From contig NIVC01004949.1 of NCBI GenBank assembly GCA_002269645.1, positions 1-30,383 on the forward strand: a DNA stretch of 30,383 nt, written 5' to 3'. Source of the stretch: Macrostomum lignano (lineage: Eukaryota). The notes beneath the pieces were generated by a model that worked only from the letters and a program-made list of their open reading frames with translations, made no database searches and was not told the DNA's origin. Of the stretch, positions 18,188 to 30,383 are shown one piece after another. The first letter of the stretch is position 1, and every line of letters starts with the position of its first letter. The position numbers and the translations under genes were made by a program.

Positions 18188-19739
18188 CTGATCAGGCCCT
18201 TCAACTTTTACTACAAGTGACAGACCAACTCGTCAAGAAGTATAGTTTCGCAGAGTTCACGTAACAAGAGAGTCAGAGACATGTCTTCTCTATAACATCA
18301 TTACTCGTATTGCTCACTGTTAATGGAGCTCGATTTATTTTATAGTGTTGTCATCCAGTTCGAACAGCCGTTCTAAAATAAACCTGTTGAGTTTGAGTTT
18401 GAGGTGAAACTCGCCAGTTATTGCTCACTTTATTCATACGGCCAAATATGAGGATGTAAGAATTCTGTGATTCCCGGTAAATCGAGTGGGAATAGAAGGT
18501 GTCGCCGTAGAACTGACTTCTGGAGCCAGTCATGCATTTACTATTTTTGCTGTGGCCGCCTTCGATGAGCAGAAGTCACAGGGGTGCCATTTTGTATGCA
18601 GAGAGTGGGATTGCAATCGAGGCGAAACGACAGAAAATGGCGTGATTCTCAATTCGCGTGTCAAATTCTCAATTTGCTTGTCAAGCTGTCTATGTCATAT
18701 CTACTCGTAGCTCGTATATGTCTGTGTTTGAGTCTGCCTGCAGCAGATAGCTGAGTCTCAGCTAGCTAGGCCAAATTCTCATTTAGCATGTCAAGCGCTA
18801 TAGTAGCACTACCTGCACCTGTCTAGTTTAAGAAGATCGATTGTACGAGTACAATGGATCTCCTAAACGACTTCGCACGAAATTTGCGAAATCGCGCGCA
18901 ATTTGTGGCCGCGTCTCCTGTTTTTTTTATTTTTTTCAACGATTTTCTTTCTGTAAGTCTCTATTCGTTAGCCATCATTATTTGAAAAACACTTCAATAA
19001 TCTATGGCGGTGTTGGCTGAACATCAGTAAGAAACAAATAAGCAGAATTGCTTCATAAAAGCTTAGCTTTGATCAGGATCCTAAAGTTGCTTTTATTGTT
19101 TTCAGTCAGAGTTTAGTTTTCTTTAGTTTCTTAGAACTTGAGTTCGGTCCAAATTGGACGCGAAAAGGTGTAGACAGCAGACATTTCTGAGTAGCCCTGT
19201 GAAAATGCCTCACCCGCTAAGCTATCTGTCACGAAGACTAAGCGTGATCAGCCACTAGTGATGGCACGTGATTCATCGTACTTCGGACGTCTTTCCATAA
19301 ACTAAGACACTTATTTGCTCTCTTATTAGGCCGACATCCAATGACAGCCGTTTTTGATCAAGAAAGCGAGTAATAAAACTGCGAGGTTGCCGGCCTTATC
19401 TGCAAAAGAGAAAATCGGCCCGAAGCCATAAAGCTACGTCAGTCCATCTGGTAGACCCGACCCGCCCACGCCTCTAAGTCGTGCAGGGTTCCATAGTGCA
19501 GCTCTGCCTTAATATCTATTATCCATTACAGTGCCGAGAGGCTGGAGGAATTACCCAGAATTCTGGCTAAAAATAGCCCTAGCTTCACCACTAGTGCACC
19601 ACTAAAGGTGCAACATACTCGTATTGCAGGGCTATAAATATGAGAGGCATTCCTCCTCAAAATATTTGGCGGACAAAGAATAAACGACGAAATTTTGTGC
19701 TGAAAATTTTAATCACTCGAAGCTTCAAGATTTAGGAGG

Positions 19740-20784
19740 ATGCAGGCGATAGCGAAGCTGCTCTTCATTTGCGGCCTGTGCTTCACAGCCGCGACTGGTA
19801 AGATTTTTTTGAAGCTTTACCCATTGTTCTAAGCTACATGTAGATGCGGTTAGATGGCCCGAAAATCAACTTAGAATATTATTCCTTTTACAGCATCTCC
19901 GTTTCATCATCGCGATCGCCGCAACGAAGACCGCTACTGCCGCTCCGGCTTGTACATTCACGACGGAGACCATCCGGTGCGGTCCGGCATCTGCCCGCGA
20001 CGCGTCGACTGCGCCAGACTGTTGGGGCTGCCGCCAGACCAGATTCGCTGCAGGGTAAGCTTGAGTCGGGGTAGACAGCATATAAACAGATCTTTTTTAG
20101 AATACGAGCCTCATTACATCAGAGACGGAGTTTCTCAGAGGCAATTATCTTGTTAGAAGTAACTTATATGGATCGATAGGAGTTAGTTTATCAGTCTGGA
20201 AAAGTCATATTTTTCAAGAGCCAATTAAACTTTCAAAATCACCTCAGATCAAACACGTACTTTGAGTAGCTTCATATGGTCATTCGAAGAACAGAAAGTA
20301 AGGACAGGGTCGCTTTAAGCTGGAACTTACTTGTTTTCTCGTTAATACAACGAAATTGGGCCTTTAAATAAAAGCAGAGCAAAGCAGACCAAGTCTGTCA
20401 CATAAAAACCAGAGTTACTGGGACGGCGCATCAAGTGAATGCTACTTGCTGTTCAAAATTCAGGTTGAGTTTCTAACCGATCTGAACGGCTTCCCGGATG
20501 TGTGGGGCGGCACGGCGCTGCGCTACAGCTGCAGCCGTCTCGCCGACTGCGCCGTGGAATCCGGCAGGCCGGAGTACCATCTCTGCTACAAGACCTCCGA
20601 AGTCAGGGACCGATTTGAGCACTTAACTCAGTTTATCCGCTGCGCACGCGCGTCGTCTCTAGCATTGAGGATGGGGCCTTCCTGTGTCCGTAACGGACGG
20701 AAGCTGTGCAGAATCATTATTGCCATTACTGTTGAAGTATTATTGCTGATTGTATTGGTTAATAGCATTTATTCTGTGACTTGA
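19740..20784 (+). CDS. Orphan Cys-rich secreted or single-pass membrane protein, 179 aa, 3 exons
   Basis: Exons 19740-19797, 19894-20054 and 20464-20784 with canonical, phase-matched splice sites. Signal-peptide-like MQAIAKLLFICGLCFTAATA, an RDRR site, 10 Cys after the signal, and a hydrophobic C-terminus IIIAITVEVLLLIVLVNSIYSV. The exons are GC-rich against AT-rich introns. Confidence 0.72.
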
Positions 20785-21232
20785 TGAGGTTCTTCCAAGC
20801 CTCTATCTAGAAATTTTTTTTAAATTTTTGTTAAATATGCAACCTATCATTGCTCCCCACCTTTGTATTATAAATTGCCTATATTGAATATAAAGTAACA
20901 AAAAGATGAGCCACTTTTTAAAACATGAAAGTGTAACGAAAACGCGTGCGTTCGAGAAAAAATGTCTCAACTAGCCTACTTTTAGTAGCATTTCTGAGGC
21001 ATTACTCCTTGCAAAAATGAGAAGTTTACTGTTTAAAAACAAAGATTTGAAATTTTACAAACGCTTGATACGTACATATGATCAATAAATTGATTGATTT
21101 TCGTTTTTCAAATGACGCTTCATACTAGAATTTTAGTATATTTATGGTCACGTCACAAAGAGACGTCTTAAACCTGTCGTCTGTTTCATAAAAGTGCAGC
21201 TGACCAGCCAATCCAATCGAGCACATTCCAAG

Positions 21233-25371
<4,139 letters not shown>

Positions 25372-26039
25372 TTTCTATCAGCTTAATTCATTGGGCTAAC
25401 AAAGCAGAGACTTTTGTCTCTCAAGGCTTTAGAACTTGGGCATTTATGCCTTTCATATTCCATACACAGTTTGCCTGCAACGGAACACACACCACAGACC
25501 TTTGTGCAAATAGTGCATTTGCACCCGACCGCTTTTGGTCGCTTCTCATGAATTGGCATACATGTACCTGGCGTGGCTAAAGACTCTATGCTACTGCGAA
25601 TTCATGTTGGTATGGCAAGCCAATATTGACATTTGGACGGGTTGGATTCAACGAAACACAAATAATGCATGGCAAGGAAGATATCATGGAAGGCGTATGA
25701 CTGTGAAAATGACTTCTACTTTCTGTCTTTCAGCAGGTTTTTGCTGCGCTGTCTAAAATTGTCAGGTTGTTAGAAAAGCTGCAGCCTGTCAATGAAGCTT
25801 TGATAGTCATGGGAATAGGTCCAGAACCAAGAAGTTGTTTGAATTGATGACGAGTGAAATTATCTCAGGTGTCCAATATACAAAGGATTTTATCCTCTTC
25901 TTACTACTTTAGTTGCTTTTTTTTACAGAAATTTCATTGATGACTGAAAATGCGTACGTATATGCACACTTGGCCAGTGGCGCCGCCTTGATTGCTTCAG
26001 CAAAATCCTTAAGAAAAGTGCTATACATTTATGCATCAT

Positions 26040-26488
26040 CAGGCGCGTCGCCACCGGGGGGACAGGGGGACATGTCCCTCCCAGTAAAAGCTCTAGGGGG
26101 GACATGCCATTGCTTTGTCCCCCCACCCCATCTTGTGAGTCGTTGTGGTAATCAAAAATTTTTCTTCAGGGCGCCAAAATATAGCGCCTTCGGCGCCAAA
26201 ATGAGTGCCTGCGGCGCTAAAATGAGTGCCTGCGGCGCTAAAATGAGTGCCTGCGGCGCTAAAATGAGTGCCTGCGGCGCTAAAAAGAATTCCCGAGGCG
26301 CTAAAATGAGTGGCTGCGGCGCTAATAGGAATGCCTACGGCGCTAAAATGAGTGCCTGCGGCGCTAAAATGGGTGAATGCTGCGCCAAAATGAGTGCCAA
26401 AATTGAGTCATGTGCATGTATGTACATTTTGAATTCTTGGTTTGAAAAATTTGTCCCCCCCACCATAAAATCCATGGCGACGCCCATG
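26040..26488. mobile_element. hAT-type MITE with an 8-bp TSD and an internal 21-bp tandem array
   Basis: TSD TGCATCAT at 26032-26039 and 26489-26496. Imperfect TIR CAGGCGCGTCGCCA / TGGCGACGCCCATG. About 11 units of GGCGCTAAAATGAGTGCCTGC at 26170-26401. Confidence 0.88.
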
Positions 26489-28419
26489 TGCATCATGATG
26501 TGATGTGTAGTTATAATTTCGCTCAAGATATGGTCGAACACGGAAAATAGTTGTGTAGTAAAGAGAATGACTAGAGAATTTGAGTATGAAGTATCTTGAC
26601 TTATTCTCTATCTTTAAAAAGGCCATAATTAGACGCAATTGTCTCGCTTAAATTGGAGGCGGAGCATTGTTTTGCATTATATGACACATATGACACTGAT
26701 AATGGTCCTTGTGTCACACGTACATACTAATAATTCTCAATTTTGATTGTATTTTTTGTTTATTTGCAAACATGCATAAAAGCGCTATATGCTATGCGCT
26801 ATAAAATTAACGCAGAAGCTGCATGATTATGTCTCACTTAGAATAGACATGTACGCAACGTAGAGAATTGAGAAAAATTAATTTACGAGTAAAAAATAGT
26901 AGTAATTAAATGGTTCTAACTGAATATTGCAGTCCTTGGTTCTATTGTTTTGAAAAAAGTAGAGTTATCATCTTATTGGCATCTTTCGCTCGCTCAAAAG
27001 TTTAAATGATTCCTTGGGCTGAAGCTGCTGTATGCCTACAGATCATGCCCAAATAACAAAAAATGTTCAGTAAATATTTTTGGACAAACAAAAGATCTGT
27101 TTTAGATTTTCAAAACAATTAAGATGCAAGGCAGACTTTTCATCTTCGAGTTTTTTTAATAACTTTATAACAAAGTCTTAATATTTGATTTAATAAACGT
27201 TTCTAAAACAAAAGTTGCCTTTCATAGAAAGCGTGATACGCATTAAATTAAATTAAAACACAGCAGAACCTCAGAACCAATGTGCCGTGCGTGCGTGCTT
27301 AAGCTACGCGAAGTTCGCGAACCGAAACTTCTTGCAGGTCTTGGCATTGCCTACTAAGTATTCTGCTCTAGCCTAACGTATATTAGAAGTGACTGGAAGT
27401 CATGGATTAATTTGTAAAATCTGCCAGTGTATATTTTCACAATAATAAAATAGGTAAAAAATCTACACAATACCTAAAATTAAATAACTAGACTTTAGGC
27501 ACTTTTACCTGTTTTCTAATGACCTAGGCTATATAAGCACTAAATATATAATATTAATTGTTTAATAATCATTTTGTGTTGTGTTCCACAAAAATAGTTG
27601 CCCTTCTGCTTTCTGTTATGCTTAGGCTAGCTAGAAGCAAAACTATGCCTATGGCTTGTTTTTAAACCATTTTTCTTGCAAATGTAGCCAAAAGCCAGAG
27701 GCAATTTATACCATAATCATGTTTGTGGTATAAATTTGCTAATATTATACTATTATTCTGTATTTACATGTGCAACTACTAGCCATAAATTATGGTAGAC
27801 TAGGGTAAGTTGCAAAAATGTCCACTCAAAAGAAAATAGATGTAGTACTAATTAGATGTTAGGCATTTAGCCTTAATAAACAGTCATAGTAACTTTTACT
27901 ATTTATCCAAATTGCAATAATTTTTTTATTTTAGGGTTTATTTTATAGGTAAATCACATTTTCAGTAAAAGTTTCCAATTTTTCCCTTATTCTAGGTTGT
28001 GCAATAAGTTTCCAGATGTGCTAAGACTGAAATAGTCAGAAAGCAACTAACTTAGATTTTTTATAGATACTCTCTAGAAGAGTCTATGCACTATTGCATC
28101 CTCTAAAACCACTTATTGAGGCAGCGGGATGACTCTAAACTTGGCACCTCCTTGACATGTCTAATCACTGATGAATACCATGCATCCTCTGCTTGATTTG
28201 TGGAAACACAAAGTCAAAAAAATCGCATTAGGTCAGGTCTGCGTTGTAGGGTAGATGGCCAGGTTATTGAATACGTTCTCTAATCAGGAATTTGACCACT
28301 TGCCTAGACTTGTAGGTGGAAGCATTGTTATAATGAAGAAGTGCATTCCCAAGCTTGAGTCTTTGTGTGGCAACTGGAGAGTGCAATCAGCATTTTTGGT
28401 AGGTAGCAGTTGGTATAAT

Positions 28420-28995
28420 ACCAGGGTCAAGATTGTGTACTGCTGTATGCCGGAACAAAATTGCTTCCGTAGCTCATGCATGCCAATGTACACCAACAAA
28501 CTTTTTATCGCATACAAAATAGGCCAAAATAAAAATTACAAATTACAACTAATATTAAAAGCTTGCAAAATTTTAATATTTAAACAACCTATGTATTAAA
28601 ACAAAAAATCTTTTTACTAAACTGTAGAAAACTAGTTCATTTAAACTATTTTTGTTTTACTTTTACTTTCTTAGAAAAGTTAAACCCAGTTTTTTTTATT
28701 TAGTTTTCCATTTTTTTCGTAAAGGGCTGGCTATTCTTTCTGATCAAAATTTAGCTACTGTAACAATGTACATGGAAACTATGCCAAATGCAAACTTAAT
28801 CATTTTTGTATGCTAATTATATAAATTGATTGTTGGGACCGGAACTTTTGGTCCCACTGCTGGTCTTGGCAATCTCTATACGCCAAGCTGTACACCAAGA
28901 GGGCACCCCAGGTGCCTTTGTATGCCAAGTTGTGTGCCAATGTGTAATCTAGGTCCCTCTATATGCCGGAAAATTCCAGCGTACATGTATACCAT
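28420..28995. mobile_element. Old non-autonomous insertion (possibly a hAT-like MITE) splitting the mariner relic
   Basis: The transposase homology stops and resumes on either side. GGTATAA is duplicated at both junctions. The interior is AT-rich with repeated TATGCC(A/G)-like motifs. The TIRs are degenerate and the boundaries approximate. Confidence 0.5.
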
Positions 28996-29555
28996 CCGGA
29001 GTCTGGGTATAACAGTTGCCAGTGACTATACACTATTACACAAGTAGTACGGTCGCTAGATGACCAGCTTTTGTCACAAAGATAGCCTCTATCTGTTTGC
29101 CACACTGCACTTTTGCTGCAGCTTCAATGGTGGGACACCTCCAACTAGTGTCCACTGGGCCAACTGCTGCTTGGTCTCTGGTTCAAAACTGTTAATCTAA
29201 GGATTTTTTACCATTGATAATTTCCCAGACTGAGTTTGAGCAGCCACCATCGAAACTATTGAGCATGGAATGGCACCAAGCCACCCAAGCCTCCTTTTGC
29301 TCTTCCATCAAGTGATGAGGCACCTAGCATGCAGAAATATTGCTTAGGTTGAGCCTTGAGTACATGATTGTTCAGACAGTTCACAATGACATGCCGCTTC
29401 TGCCTCTATCTGGACTACAGTTGCCCTGACATCATCCTCAATCATGGCCCAAATGGCAGCAACAATCTCTGCTTGCTGTTGCACTCTTCATCATCCAGAC
29501 TCTGTCAGCGACATTGGAATTCAGCAAACGACTTGAAAAAACCGTGGTCCTGGAA

Positions 29556-29818
29556 CATACATGCGCAACCTCCGAAATTCGGTCGGCCATGCGACTTAGT
29601 TTTAACAAAAATGCGACGTAGTTTTTGGCCAAAAATGCGACTTACATGTAAAAAAACCCTAACGCAACTTTGGTAAACGGCAGGAGTAACTATAACTGTC
29701 TTATTAAGCCAAAATGCCTCGTCAGCTACTTAGTACTACTACTTAGGTTTTTTTTCGGGTGGGCATTTTGCGACTTCTTTGGTTGGCCGCCAAATCGGTC
29801 GACTGTTGCGCATGTATG
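29556..29818. mobile_element. hAT-type MITE, 263 bp, perfect 14-bp TIR and 8-bp TSD
   Basis: TIR CATACATGCGCAAC / GTTGCGCATGTATG. TSD TCCTGGAA at 29548-29555 and 29819-29826. Subterminal TGCGACTT repeats. It interrupts the APSRT-TVF segment of the mariner relic. Confidence 0.92.
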
Positions 29819-30383
29819 TCCTGGAAGGTGCTTCATTGCCGAAAGCTACTTGAAATTACTCAAAGCTCTCCTGCTGCCTTAGAACACTTTTGTAGTCTCC
29901 AATGGCCTCCGTTGAGCTCAATTGTGAATTCTTAGTGTTAGGGGCATGCTAACTTTTCGTGTGTGCAGCGCATGCTTTATAGAGTGAATTTGTCTGAAAT
30001 TGCACAAATATAATCACAAGATAATGTACATAATACCCGCTATGCCAAATTGTGTACATTACAAATTGTGTACATTACCTTCCCACTTTGTGCATCCATT
30101 AACTTATTGCATACCCCTTGTAGTTATAGGAACCCTGACTTAGTGATGTAGCCATATTTATCTGTTCTATCTTGCTTATATTTTCGATACAAAGACTGCA
30201 AATTTCCACTTCCTTAGAAATTTAGAACCTTATTAAGTATCAGAAAAAGTTAATTTGTCATGAGTTTAATTTTATCTCCCAGACTATTTTCATCAACCTG
30301 TTGATTTGCAGCATTTATTAGCTGCCAACCAGTTTGCCAGCAATGAGTTCACAGGATCAACGATTTGAACTCGACTGCCAACA

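Larger units (their letters stand above)
27990..30120 (-). mobile_element. Highly decayed mariner element interrupted by two insertions
   Basis: Minus-strand fragments in order: AFGNEAPSRT|TVF..FAEF, QSLDDE, AMIEDDVRAT, VPHHL, WCHSMLNSFDGG..VWEIING, FEPETKQQ, GKQIEAIF..K.GHLAT, LLHYNNAS, HLPYNADLT*CDFF..PQIKQRMHG, KWF*RMQ*CIDSSREY. TIR remnants TGCAATAAGTT at about 28000 and AACTTATTGCATACCCCTTG-TA at 30101-30122. Confidence 0.85.

Noticed and set aside
18826-18868. Short imperfect hairpins here and at about 27765-27820
   Set aside because: Isolated, short, AT-rich and without supporting context. They are expected by chance.
25913-26503. 196-aa ORF with GAKMSAC repeats
   Set aside because: It is a translation of the 21-bp array inside the hAT MITE.
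28255-28599. 114-aa plus-strand ORF
   Set aside because: It is antisense to the decayed mariner transposase and runs into the insertion.

Overview
Eukaryotic (intron-containing, animal-type) genomic DNA. The host cannot be identified from this sequence alone. Bases 1-6619 are one end of a Polinton/Maverick (adintovirus-like) element. It carries a frameshifted protein-primed PolB with an inserted EndoVII zinc domain, an adenovirus pX-like ORF, an intact rve integrase, a parvovirus-type PLA2, an unknown 225-aa ORF, a duplicated long-hairpin/palindrome array, a 3x repeat, a small two-TM ORF and a probable ACTACT terminus. The rest is host DNA. It contains a defective DD34D mariner with long TIRs, several MITEs (two hAT-type with perfect 8-bp TSDs), and minisatellites and microsatellites. 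Three spliced host genes can be reconstructed by eye: a 5-exon calmodulin-like gene (+), a 3-exon Cys-rich orphan secreted/membrane protein (+) and a 10-exon tandem cNMP-binding-domain gene (-). A decayed second mariner interrupted by two insertions lies at the right end. The least explained signals are all in the viral element: the duplicated hairpin with G-U-type substitutions and the adjacent unknown ORFs. All assignments come from motif recognition; no database searches were run.
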